Positions 55,162-64,000 of a stretch of 64,000 bases of DNA are shown in pieces; position 1 is the first letter of the stretch; each line of letters starts with the position of its first letter. The notes under the pieces are model-generated. The model had not been told where the DNA came from, made no database searches, and worked only from the letters and a program-made list of their open reading frames with translations. The stretch lies in NCBI GenBank assembly GCA_033664045.1, contig GCA_033664045.1_3674.1. One strand, 5' to 3'. This DNA comes from a phage. The position numbers and the translations under genes are program-made.

Positions 55162-56013
55162 AGAAGTTAACGTATTGATTTGATAAAGCAACGTCTGCAT
55201 GCTGTCAAACACGTCTTTATCTGTCATTTGCATTGCAACAGTCTCAGCATCTGGCAACCAATGTTCCTGGCAAAACTTAAGGTTCTTCTCATAGGTTGCT
55301 TCAGCATATTGTGCCAGATAATGATCAATATGGCTCATAGTCTGACCACCATATTGAGCACTAGCTACCGCACTAGAGATTTGGCTAAGGATTGTTGTTG
55401 CAACCCCTATTGACTTCGGCTTACTGACATGGGCGTTGCCAATGTTGAATCCGTTTTCCAACATATCTGGATAATTTACCAAACAACAGTTTGTTAACGG
55501 ACTGATCAAGTAGTCAAGATCATGCACATGGATGAAGCCTCTATTGTGCTCTTCTGAGACACGGTCTGGCAGGATTTGTGTTGATGCAAGGTGTTTGCTA
55601 AGGATGCCTGCAAGCAGGTCACGATGAGTGTGTACATGATTGGTAGGCTTATTTGCGTTTTCTTTTGTAAATTCATCACAAGTGCGATCCAAGAAGCCAC
55701 TAATATCTGCAAGCAGTTTTCCACCTGCCTCTCTGTTATTATCTCTTGTCTGCCTATACTGGATGTATTCTCTGGCTGCACATTTTAAACCCATATCCAT
55801 AAAAGCGTCTTCAACAAGGGTATGGATATTTTTTACAGAGATCGTGCACTGGTCGGTTGGTAGATTGTTAGCAACAACTTCATTAACCGCGCAGGCGATC
55901 CGGTAAGCTTCTTCTTCAGTATGCCCAGACTCAAGTAAGGCGGACTCTGCCGCCTTGATCACCTTAATTCCGTTATAGACCTCTTCTCTACCGTCCCGTT
56001 TTACAACTTTCAC
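55162..56013 (-). CDS. nrdD: anaerobic ribonucleoside-triphosphate reductase, 5' exon (ATP-cone half)
   Basis: ATP-cone MKVVKRDGREEVYNGIKVIKAAESA; HVHDLDY; ends ...YQINTLTS; track ORF 55150-56013 reads into intron. Confidence 0.8.
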
Positions 56014-56288
56014 TTTTTCTCTCCAAAACCATTCTTAACAAAAGAGATGAAATCGTCGGCACCGCCTATATGGACACTTTCAAGATTGCTTTCTAAGAAT
56101 ATCTGCGGCAACGTTCTGGGTACGATTGGACTGCACTTCTCAATAAGCTCTTCTTTTGTGTAACCCTCGCCAAGTGTCTTATATACAAAAGGCAGACCTT
56201 TACTGACTGCAAATTCTTTTGCTCTTACACAATGTGGGCAGTTATCTTTACCGTAAATGATAAAGAAAAAAGATTTTTCACAGCTCAT
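56010..56288 (-). CDS. glutaredoxin/NrdH-like redoxin
   Basis: CPHC active-site motif near N-terminus, about 90 aa, adjacent to nrdB. Confidence 0.7.
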   Translation of the reverse strand: MSCEKSFFFIIYGKDNCPHCVRAKEFAVSKGLPFVYKTLGEGYTKEELIEKCSPIVPRTLPQIFLESNLESVHIGGADDFISFVKNGFGEKK

Positions 56289-56291
56289 ATA

Positions 56292-57440
56292 TTAAAACTC
56301 CCAAATTTCTTCTTCAGCGTCGTTAACAGTTGTGTTGACGCGGTAGTCGGTGTTCGACATTTCCTGGTTCGCCGTCTGTTGCAATGAAGGTTTCATCCAC
56401 ACCTGCATAAACGGTAGAGGGTCCTTTGTTGGCGGCACAAAGTCTTTGTCGATGCCGTAGTAATCATAAATAGGTGAGCAGTTATAGTCAACCCATTCTT
56501 TAAGCAACGGTGAGTTAAGACCTATAATCGCTCTTCCTTCGCTGAAAATATAGTCACTCCAACCGTACTCTTTGGTTCGTACTTCATCAAGAATCTCTTT
56601 TAACTCCCCTTTTATCTCAAGGAAGCTTTTCTCCCATGCTGGATCATTAAGCAGGATATCAATGATGGCAAAATCACCTTTCGAGTGTAGCATTTCGTCA
56701 AGCATGATTTTTTGAACAAGCTGCGCCACCTGAACAAAAATACCCTGTTCAGCTACTGCGAAAGTGCATGCAAAACTTGCAATAAACTCAATACTCTCTA
56801 GGGCTAAAAGTGCAAAAAGCGCTCTAAGAATGCATTTCCGCACAATATCTTCTTCAACACTAGAAGGATCCAGTCGGTATTTTGCACCAATAACCTCAAG
56901 CTCTTGCATGTATTTGACAATAACGCCAGATCTGCTCAGAACGTTTTGGTTTTCCTGAATCTCTTCTATAATCTCACGGGCATTGGGGAGGCATTGTCTA
57001 ACAATCTCTGAGTAAGTTAGTGCGTGAAGAACTTCAATCTCTGACTGTTTCATCAATAGAGTGAAAAGCTCACTATTAGTGATGAATGGTGAAAAGAGGC
57101 AGATGATCGATCTTGCCGCAACGCTATCAGCCTCCCATTGCCACATCAAGGTCTGCACCATCACATCATAAGTTGACTTGGAGCATGTTACAAAATCTGA
57201 AATAGATTGCGACAAATCTACTTCATCCTCTGCCCAGTCTTGTTCTTTTTGTTTTTTGTACAGTTCGAACAGTTGTGGATATTTTTTGTTGATAGAGTCG
57301 TACATACCCATTTGCTGTCCCAGAAACAGCGGATAGTCACCAGTTTTATGAGCGGTGTTCTCAGCATTAAATACAGCCATTATTCTACCTCTAAAATGGG
57401 GCCGAAGCCCCTTTAAAATTATAGTGCACAGCTTTCGCAA
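56292..57440 (-). CDS. nrdB: ribonucleotide reductase class I small subunit
   Basis: 382-aa ORF directly downstream of and overlapping nrdA; size and position typical of R2. Confidence 0.8.
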   Translation of the reverse strand: MRKLCTIILKGLRPHFRGRIMAVFNAENTAHKTGDYPLFLGQQMGMYDSINKKYPQLFELYKKQKEQDWAEDEVDLSQSISDFVTCSKSTYDVMVQTLMWQWEADSVAARSIICLFSPFITNSELFTLLMKQSEIEVLHALTYSEIVRQCLPNAREIIEEIQENQNVLSRSGVIVKYMQELEVIGAKYRLDPSSVEEDIVRKCILRALFALLALESIEFIASFACTFAVAEQGIFVQVAQLVQKIMLDEMLHSKGDFAIIDILLNDPAWEKSFLEIKGELKEILDEVRTKEYGWSDYIFSEGRAIIGLNSPLLKEWVDYNCSPIYDYYGIDKDFVPPTKDPLPFMQVWMKPSLQQTANQEMSNTDYRVNTTVNDAEEEIWEF

Positions 57441-59734
57441 TACGGATCTTCAACTGAGCTATCTGCAATCAAAGGATAGTTCTTTCTGGTTTCATCTTCA
57501 GCCTGTTTCTTGGCATGAAGTTCCTCTGCCAAGGAGTCACCAGCACCAACCCTAGAGTTTAAATAATACCATGTCTTCATCCCGAATTTAGTGGCACGGA
57601 TAAGGTACCCTAGCTGCTCCTTCATTGAAATTTTACCATCTTTCAACTTGGTGTAGTCTATGTATAAATCCGCGCTGATTGCCTGACCTGTAAATTTTTG
57701 AATCACAGCATACATATCGATCATGTCGTTAGTATCAACGTCCCAAGCCGAGGTGTAATACTCTTTCAACTCATCATAGTCAGGAACGATAAACAGCACC
57801 TGCCCTTGTGGCGATTTTTTAAAGATAATGTGCTCACGGACAGGATAAACCCCATTAGTGGTGTTTGTTGCCAGCGAAGAGCTTTCATTAGGCATATATG
57901 CTTCAAGAACGCTATTACGTAGCCCACCATTTTCAATGATTTCTTTACGTAACCCTTCCCAATCCTGTTTAAGAGAAGGATCTTTCACCACGCTATCGAC
58001 CTCTTTGTTATAGGTGTCGACTGGTAACCAACCTTCTGGATACTTTGTTTTATGCATCCATTCGCAGACACCACGCTCTTTTGCCAACCGTAAACTTGCC
58101 TTATGCAAGCTGTAGCTGTGAAGTTCTGCAAGATCGTGAACAAGCTGCTTACTTTCAGGAGATCCGTAAGTAACCTTGTGGCTGGCAATAAAATGTGCAA
58201 CATTGGTAAGGCCAACCCCGATGGATCTGCGCTTTTTAACAGTGCTCTCCATATTTTCATACGGATATGTCATGATTTCCATAACATTGTCAATCATAAG
58301 CACCGTGTAGTATGCAACATCCTCATACTCCTCTGGGGTAACCCTTCCAGCTACAAGAGATGACAGGAAGCACAATGCAACCTCACCATCATCAACATCG
58401 TACTTGAAGATATTACGCATATCTGAATAGCCTTTTGTCGGGAGGGCTATTTCTGCACACAGGTTACTTGAATAGATCACATCTTTAAAAGGTGTATGTC
58501 TATTCATCTCATCTGTCCAGTATACGTACAGCCTTCCCACTTCGGTACGCTGCGTGATCAGCTCAACAGCAAGATCCCTAGCTCGGATCCATGTTTTAGG
58601 AATACTGTCATCTTTAGCGATACGATCAACCTCTGCATCAAACTCCTCCATAGACATGGTGAAGATACCTTCATGCAGTTGAGGCGCGTGCTTATAAGAA
58701 ACAAGCATCCAATCTAAATTCTTAGCCACACGGTTGATAAACGACCTATTAATACCTATAGAGTAGTCCATGGTGTTGATTCTTTTTGAAGCAACAGTCA
58801 TAGGGTTTCTCAAACGGATTAGCTCATCAATCTGTGGGTCTAGTGCAAGGAATGATACTGTTGCAGAACCGCCACGTGATTGTTGTCTGTTCTCCTTAAC
58901 CCCAGCATCGATACCTCGATAATATGGAATCTTACCCATGTGTTTAATAGTGTTACCACGAACACCATCGCCTGCAGATCTTGATGATAAATAGTAGCCG
59001 ATACCTGCTTGGTTAACCGTCATTGTGTACGCAACTTCACGTGCCACACCAATAGATTTTGCTGTATCATCCGCTTTTATTACACAGCAAGATGCATACC
59101 CTGTCTTACCTGTGCGCAGCCCGTTTAAGTACGGTGTCGGAGCATTGATCTTTAAGTCTGACAGATAAGTGTATAATTTTACAACATCGTTGATACGACG
59201 TTCTTTCGGCATATTCTTCATGACAGCCATTGCTATCCCCATAAACATCATCTGGGGAGATTCAAACAGGGTGTCTTTAAGAGTATCCTTGATCCCGTAT
59301 TTGTCGCGAAACTGTTTAAGTACTGCATAGCCGTAACCGAGATCTTTACTGTGGTCAATAACAGCGTCTAAAGTATTTAGCTCGGTAAAGCTATAACCCA
59401 TCTCCTCCCAATACCCTTTCTCAACCATGGTATTGTAAAACGATGGTAAGGAAGGGATCTTTGTAAACCCTCCAAAAGCCTCTTTATAAATCTGACCAAT
59501 AAGAACACGACCAGCCATACGGGAATGTGCTTCGTCTTTACGGCTAACACAGGAGTCTATGATAGCTTGGTTAACTTCTTTGGTTGTACATCCATCATAC
59601 AGTCGTTTGTATGCATCCAGTGCAATGTGTGACCAATTGCCGTTACCGTCGTCACCGAAAATAGCTGCCTTATTTAAACGTTCTGGATCGAATGCCACTT
59701 CACATCCGTTGCTTTTAATTACCTTGGTGATCAA
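57419..59734 (-). CDS. nrdA: ribonucleotide reductase class I large subunit
   Basis: N-terminal ATP-cone; active-site NLCAEIALPT; C-terminal cysteine pair YCESCAL. Confidence 0.95.
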   Translation of the reverse strand: MITKVIKSNGCEVAFDPERLNKAAIFGDDGNGNWSHIALDAYKRLYDGCTTKEVNQAIIDSCVSRKDEAHSRMAGRVLIGQIYKEAFGGFTKIPSLPSFYNTMVEKGYWEEMGYSFTELNTLDAVIDHSKDLGYGYAVLKQFRDKYGIKDTLKDTLFESPQMMFMGIAMAVMKNMPKERRINDVVKLYTYLSDLKINAPTPYLNGLRTGKTGYASCCVIKADDTAKSIGVAREVAYTMTVNQAGIGYYLSSRSAGDGVRGNTIKHMGKIPYYRGIDAGVKENRQQSRGGSATVSFLALDPQIDELIRLRNPMTVASKRINTMDYSIGINRSFINRVAKNLDWMLVSYKHAPQLHEGIFTMSMEEFDAEVDRIAKDDSIPKTWIRARDLAVELITQRTEVGRLYVYWTDEMNRHTPFKDVIYSSNLCAEIALPTKGYSDMRNIFKYDVDDGEVALCFLSSLVAGRVTPEEYEDVAYYTVLMIDNVMEIMTYPYENMESTVKKRRSIGVGLTNVAHFIASHKVTYGSPESKQLVHDLAELHSYSLHKASLRLAKERGVCEWMHKTKYPEGWLPVDTYNKEVDSVVKDPSLKQDWEGLRKEIIENGGLRNSVLEAYMPNESSSLATNTTNGVYPVREHIIFKKSPQGQVLFIVPDYDELKEYYTSAWDVDTNDMIDMYAVIQKFTGQAISADLYIDYTKLKDGKISMKEQLGYLIRATKFGMKTWYYLNSRVGAGDSLAEELHAKKQAEDETRKNYPLIADSSVEDPYCESCAL

Positions 59735-60039
59735 TTTGCTTCCTCCACTTCATTAACGTATTTATCAAGGCAGGTATCAGTATCTTGCTGGACAAAGGTA
59801 TCCTCTTCTACAGAGATATTTATAATTTTACCTGTATACTCGTCATAATAAACATCATCATACATTTTAATATCGTTTGTCAGGCCGTTGAACCAAAGCC
59901 AACCAACATATTCTGCCCGACTTGCAAAACCAAGATCCTTCCACTTGGAGTTATGACTCATCTTCACCACCTTAGCTTTCAATACCGAATAATTTTTCCA
60001 GGCGATGTAGATCTTCAAAATTGAAAGGTTCATCAACAA
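59731..60039 (-). CDS. hypothetical protein
   Basis: ATGA overlap with nrdA. Confidence 0.5.
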   Translation of the reverse strand: MLMNLSILKIYIAWKNYSVLKAKVVKMSHNSKWKDLGFASRAEYVGWLWFNGLTNDIKMYDDVYYDEYTGKIINISVEEDTFVQQDTDTCLDKYVNEVEEAN

Positions 60040-60472
60040 TATGAATATCTTCAGCCTTTTCAGATTGTTTTGTATACTTTCTTACATTAACACGATCCTC
60101 TACAGGGATATCATACGGGAGATCTTGAACAAGCATTGCCTCACCGGGTGCTTTATCTACATCTAAAATATCTACACCGTTATACATTTGCGGGTATCTA
60201 AAGTCTGCACGCATGACACCAGCAAATACATCTGCCTTTCGATAATGTGTTGGCTTATTTTTGCATCGAACGTTTTTTCCACGAAGAACATCAATACTTT
60301 TTAAATCAAACCCTACGGCAAAGAGTGCAGCTCGGAGACCGTTTCGTGTGCGAACGTTAAACCCGGGAACGGTAGATAGGAAATCCAAAGTAACTGAAAT
60401 AAATGTCTTTTTAGGAATCATAACATTACTCATATCTGTCTCCATTTCTGGCTCACTAACAAAGTGAGCCAT
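59972..60472 (-). CDS. hypothetical protein (weak dUTPase/dCTP-deaminase-like resemblance)
   Basis: 166-aa ORF in nucleotide-metabolism block; TRNGLRAALFAVGFDL only loosely resembles dUTPase motifs. Confidence 0.35.
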   Translation of the reverse strand: MAHFVSEPEMETDMSNVMIPKKTFISVTLDFLSTVPGFNVRTRNGLRAALFAVGFDLKSIDVLRGKNVRCKNKPTHYRKADVFAGVMRADFRYPQMYNGVDILDVDKAPGEAMLVQDLPYDIPVEDRVNVRKYTKQSEKAEDIHIVDEPFNFEDLHRLEKLFGIES

Positions 60473-60531
60473 TATTATAGATTATCTAATACTATTAGTC
60501 AACACAAAAGTTACCTATCGCTGTGATAGGA

Positions 60532-61515
60532 TTAACCTTTCACGAAGTGGTTATTAAGCAGTTGTCTGTGCTGAACCCACCCACAAAAGTTGGCAGACCA
60601 GAATTTACCATCACGGTCTTGATGGGTTACACCTTCCTGCCAAGTGCTAATGTCTTGTGTGATTTCACATGAAGACAGGTAGTAGTTTAAACGTTCCATT
60701 GCGTTATCATGATCCATAGGTGTTGCCTGGTGTTCGTAAGGGCTTGCATGAATACGATCCCCACCAATCAACTTTTTAGCCACACTGTCTGCCTTTTCAA
60801 ACGTACTGTCAATATTTCGATAAGATACTTGTGCACAGCAACTAGCACTAATAGACAGAGCTTCTTTAGTATCAAGAATGCAGAGCTTTCCTTCTGTGTC
60901 ACGTACAGCGTAGTTAAACTCTCCGTCCAAATAAACGTGCTCTACATATGGAGTGTGCCATTGACCTGGTTTAAGGATTTCAGGAGTGCTATTCACAAGA
61001 GCTTCCCACATACAATTAGCCAACATCTGAATCGTAGGATCCGCATCGTGCCAGCAACGGAGATGGAAAAAATTATTCCACTCTGTGCTTGTTACAACTG
61101 TTTTCATGCGCTGAAACGGCTCCACTAAGCGGTTGCATACTTGTTTATGGTAACCAGCAAGGGCGAACTTCTCTGCATGCCAAGCGGCGTTTTTTGCAGC
61201 TTCTTTCCAAAACTCTTCAGGGGTTAGCTCCATGTCAGTGTACTCTACACGGATCTTTTGATCGTGTTCCCCACCATCTTCCATCCCTCGCTTATTTACA
61301 CCGAAGCGAACTGGCATTGCCGGATTCTCCACAATCTGTTGCAGCATCTTGCCGACAGGCACTGCACGGGAAGACATGGCGTTTCGGCTGAACACTCGGT
61401 GCGTCATAAGCTCTGAGTGAATAATTCGAGGATACTCTAGTTCAAAAGTGGTGATACGCTTACCTTTCTCGGAAATGCTGTCAGCAATAATCTTTGCAGT
61501 GCACAGTTTTAGCAT
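60532..61515 (-). CDS. thyX: flavin-dependent thymidylate synthase
   Basis: ThyX-like signature MTHRVFSRNAMSSRAVP and N-terminal FELEYPRIIHSELMTH. Confidence 0.75.
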   Translation of the reverse strand: MLKLCTAKIIADSISEKGKRITTFELEYPRIIHSELMTHRVFSRNAMSSRAVPVGKMLQQIVENPAMPVRFGVNKRGMEDGGEHDQKIRVEYTDMELTPEEFWKEAAKNAAWHAEKFALAGYHKQVCNRLVEPFQRMKTVVTSTEWNNFFHLRCWHDADPTIQMLANCMWEALVNSTPEILKPGQWHTPYVEHVYLDGEFNYAVRDTEGKLCILDTKEALSISASCCAQVSYRNIDSTFEKADSVAKKLIGGDRIHASPYEHQATPMDHDNAMERLNYYLSSCEITQDISTWQEGVTHQDRDGKFWSANFCGWVQHRQLLNNHFVKG

Positions 61516-61715
61516 TATTTAGCTCTCCTTGTTTTAATTTTGGAAATTTCGTCTGGGTTTATGTTGGCCTTAAATGCAAGGTATCTGTTAAACATGTCAG
61601 AGCACATATCTTGGGTGATCCTGGAGGCATACACTAGCTTACCTCCCAGATCATACACCTCTAGCCAGTCACCGTATCTGACTACAGGATCGCCACCTTT
61701 AGAACATCTGCCCAT
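61515..61715 (-). CDS. hypothetical protein
   Basis: small ORF, overlapping junction. Confidence 0.45.
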   Translation of the reverse strand: MGRCSKGGDPVVRYGDWLEVYDLGGKLVYASRITQDMCSDMFNRYLAFKANINPDEISKIKTRRAK

Positions 61716-61716
61716 T

Positions 61717-62310
61717 TCAAATACCTTCTAAAAACTTTCCTATTTTATACCAGCTATCAGCGGTATAGTCAACACTGACCTTTAACTCCTCAAATTGCTC
61801 ATAAGGCGTATCTTTTAGAATTTTAATAACTTCAGGTCGTGAAGCGAATTGGTTCAGGTATTCATGCCTGTCGTCAATTATAACATCTACAGCCACATTT
61901 CCTTTAAAATGTGTGGCGTAGAATCCGTGGCCCTGGGTGTGATCGTCCAGATCCATAAACTCACTTGTCCAACGCTTTAAGAACCTTGATTTAGATGCAA
62001 GGTGACCTTTCTTGCATACCGAGATAAATGCAAGCTTGTGACCGCGAGCCACCAAATCTTTCATAACCTCAATAGCCCCCTCTTCAGGCTTAAGAAAGTC
62101 GTAGAGGAACGGATCACTCCAGAAATCAAAAGGTCCTATGATGTTTTCTTTGGGGCGATCAGGCCAATACTTTGACAGATCGTAATACATCAGCCCATTA
62201 GAAGGTTTAACGACTGTCTTACTGGCTGGACCATACAAACGCTCCAACCACTCCCACCATGCTGTTCCTGAATCTACCAGTGTCAAATCTACATCAATTC
62301 CGATTAACAT
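61717..62310 (-). CDS. HAD-superfamily nucleotidase-like protein
   Basis: HAD motif I GIDVDLTLVDS (DxDxT). Confidence 0.55.
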   Translation of the reverse strand: MLIGIDVDLTLVDSGTAWWEWLERLYGPASKTVVKPSNGLMYYDLSKYWPDRPKENIIGPFDFWSDPFLYDFLKPEEGAIEVMKDLVARGHKLAFISVCKKGHLASKSRFLKRWTSEFMDLDDHTQGHGFYATHFKGNVAVDVIIDDRHEYLNQFASRPEVIKILKDTPYEQFEELKVSVDYTADSWYKIGKFLEGI

Positions 62311-62921
62311 TCTTCTTGGGCCTCTTTAGCATCAATATACTTGCACACAATCTCCGATGCACATTCCCAAGGTGCACCTTCAGGATTTACAACATCGAAC
62401 TCAATCCCTTTTATTCCGTTCTTTTCCAGACTTAGATAGGTTCTGGAATCATTTCCCCAGTCATATCCGACACGGTGAATACGGAACAACAACAGATCTC
62501 CACCTGTGCTGTATGCGTACTCACTAAGGCATGCCAGCTCCTCTTTGAATCCACCATCGGAGTAAACAACAACCCCTTTACCTTTAGGGAAATCTTTCTT
62601 CAAGGATGTGACTGCGGCCTTACCGAAAGCATCTTCACCAAAGATAGGTTTAATCAGATTTTCACTACAATGGATCATCCACTCTCGCGGAGAAACATGC
62701 TTGCCGTCTATCATTAAGAAAGGGCAAGGCTCTTCTTTGTAGTGGCGGTCATAAAGTGCATTCCAAAGTTGAGGAGTTACACCAGCTGCCTTAATTGCCA
62801 CACTGAAGAGCATCTCCTTAACCTCACGGTGGTGTGATTTAGGAATAGCTTCCAACAAGAGATCTGCAATGTGGTCCTTACCACTGCTTGGTGGGGCGTT
62901 AAGAACAATAATATCCATCAA
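62304..62921 (-). CDS. deoxynucleoside monophosphate kinase-like P-loop kinase
   Basis: P-loop VLNAPPSSGKDHIADLL resembles T4 gp1 LSGVKRSGKDTTADF. Confidence 0.6.
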   Translation of the reverse strand: MMDIIVLNAPPSSGKDHIADLLLEAIPKSHHREVKEMLFSVAIKAAGVTPQLWNALYDRHYKEEPCPFLMIDGKHVSPREWMIHCSENLIKPIFGEDAFGKAAVTSLKKDFPKGKGVVVYSDGGFKEELACLSEYAYSTGGDLLLFRIHRVGYDWGNDSRTYLSLEKNGIKGIEFDVVNPEGAPWECASEIVCKYIDAKEAQEEC

Positions 62922-63121
62922 AAACCTCCGTGGTATTCTTCAACTGCATCAATAATACTTTTACACTTATCTACCAGCTCGTTAGCCACTACAGCATCGT
63001 CTTCCCAAACAGCCTCTTCAATCTGATCAAGCAATGATCGCATCTTATCCATCATTTCTGGGATAAAGTTTTCTGAAAAGCTGTCTGGAACTGTTAACTT
63101 TAGTGTCATTGCGGTCTCCAA
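62918..63121 (-). CDS. hypothetical protein
   Basis: small acidic ORF. Confidence 0.45.
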   Translation of the reverse strand: METAMTLKLTVPDSFSENFIPEMMDKMRSLLDQIEEAVWEDDAVVANELVDKCKSIIDAVEEYHGGF

Positions 63122-63136
63122 TCATACTATTCGTTA

Positions 63137-63595
63137 TTAGAAGTTTGTTTTTACACGTCCCTTTTCATCTACCTCATTGTTAGCTAAAAGCGTTACAAAG
63201 TCTGTGAAACGGACATGAAGAACTCTTTTCTTGTCAAGGTATCCTAAAGCCACCCCTGAAAAATTTAGCATCAAGGGGGCTAAAGAAGCTCTAGCACTGA
63301 AATGCTGTTGTTCTACTCTTCCTACACCCTTAGTGTAGGATGGGTTAAGATTGTAAGTTCTGAATCCCAGTTTTGTTGGAGCTTTAGAATTAAAAACAAC
63401 TTTATAGCGTTTCTTACTCAACTTATGCTCCAGGATAAGAATTCCCTTATCACCCTTGATAAGTTGAAAATCTGTAAAGTGCTCTTTTAAGACGAAAGGT
63501 AGTGCCAGTCCCATAGCCTGGCCTCTTTGTACCGCTGTCTCACCAAAAGCTTTTGCATCAGTAAGTTCTTTGGTCAAGTCTATGCTTTTGATCAT
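63137..63595 (-). CDS. hypothetical protein
   Basis: co-directional ORF. Confidence 0.5.
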   Translation of the reverse strand: MIKSIDLTKELTDAKAFGETAVQRGQAMGLALPFVLKEHFTDFQLIKGDKGILILEHKLSKKRYKVVFNSKAPTKLGFRTYNLNPSYTKGVGRVEQQHFSARASLAPLMLNFSGVALGYLDKKRVLHVRFTDFVTLLANNEVDEKGRVKTNF

Positions 63596-63986
63596 ATCGG
63601 GTCTCCAAAATGTATTGTAGTTCTTTCTTGCCTATACTCTTCATTCCAGCAGTCTTACCTGCTTCTTCTTGAAAAGAAGAATAGCATTCAGCAAACACTC
63701 TGTCAACACCGTCAACTAAAGATTTTATGAAATATGTAGATTCTTCAGATTTTGGATCACTATCACCCAATACTTTTCCAGCGTTATACCCAACACGTCT
63801 TACACAGAAGTCGTAGTCATCCGGTGTGCTAAAAGAAAATAACTTATTCTCTCCAATCTCTACAGGATCCCTATTGCACGCCTTTTTCTCCCAAATTTGG
63901 AAAACACATGGCACGTCATAAGGTTTGCCATTAAGTAAAAACGAGTTCTTAGGGCACCTTTCGCTATAGACAAGGTGCATAGACAT
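63558..63986 (-). CDS. hypothetical protein
   Basis: co-directional ORF near window edge. Confidence 0.45.
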   Translation of the reverse strand: MSMHLVYSERCPKNSFLLNGKPYDVPCVFQIWEKKACNRDPVEIGENKLFSFSTPDDYDFCVRRVGYNAGKVLGDSDPKSEESTYFIKSLVDGVDRVFAECYSSFQEEAGKTAGMKSIGKKELQYILETRYDQKHRLDQRTY

Positions 63987-64000
63987 GTCCAGTTTGTTTG

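Noticed and set aside
57419-59734. Intein or intron in nrdA or nrdB
   Set aside because: Both reading frames are continuous and of canonical length with motifs collinear; no insertion evident.
59972-60472. Confident dUTPase call
   Set aside because: Only a loose resemblance to dUTPase motifs; the five canonical motifs are not recognisable, so kept as hypothetical.

Overview
This window reads as the early/middle region of a virulent tailed phage with two convergent transcription blocks and no structural genes. Plus strand, 1-22.9 kb: a replication module (AAA+ ATPase, SleB-like cell-wall hydrolase, Hsp90-like GHKL ATPase, Dda-like helicase, HNH-AP2 homing endonuclease, T7-like primase-helicase, family A DNA polymerase, SSB-like protein, macro-domain-like protein) plus many small ORFs. 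Plus strand, 23.9-33.7 kb: an array of about 25 small genes, most with their own sigma70-like promoter and a GC-rich 5' leader hairpin, bracketed by a perfect 26-bp inverted repeat and carrying three copies of a ~47-nt hairpin element. 33.7-36.2 kb: a non-coding, iteron-dense zone where the two blocks converge. Minus strand, 36.2-64 kb: a nucleotide-metabolism module (nrdA, nrdB, glutaredoxin, nrdD split by a probable group I intron carrying an HNH endonuclease, nrdG, thyX, dNMP kinase, HAD nucleotidase), PhoH, a ClpP-like protease, a small N6-adenine methyltransferase, a ribosome hibernation factor (HPF) homologue, and a long run of small acidic paralogous proteins. No tRNA, rRNA or CRISPR array was recognised. 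All calls rest on reading motifs in the supplied translations and sequence; no database search was run, and coordinates of non-ORF features may be off by a few nt.
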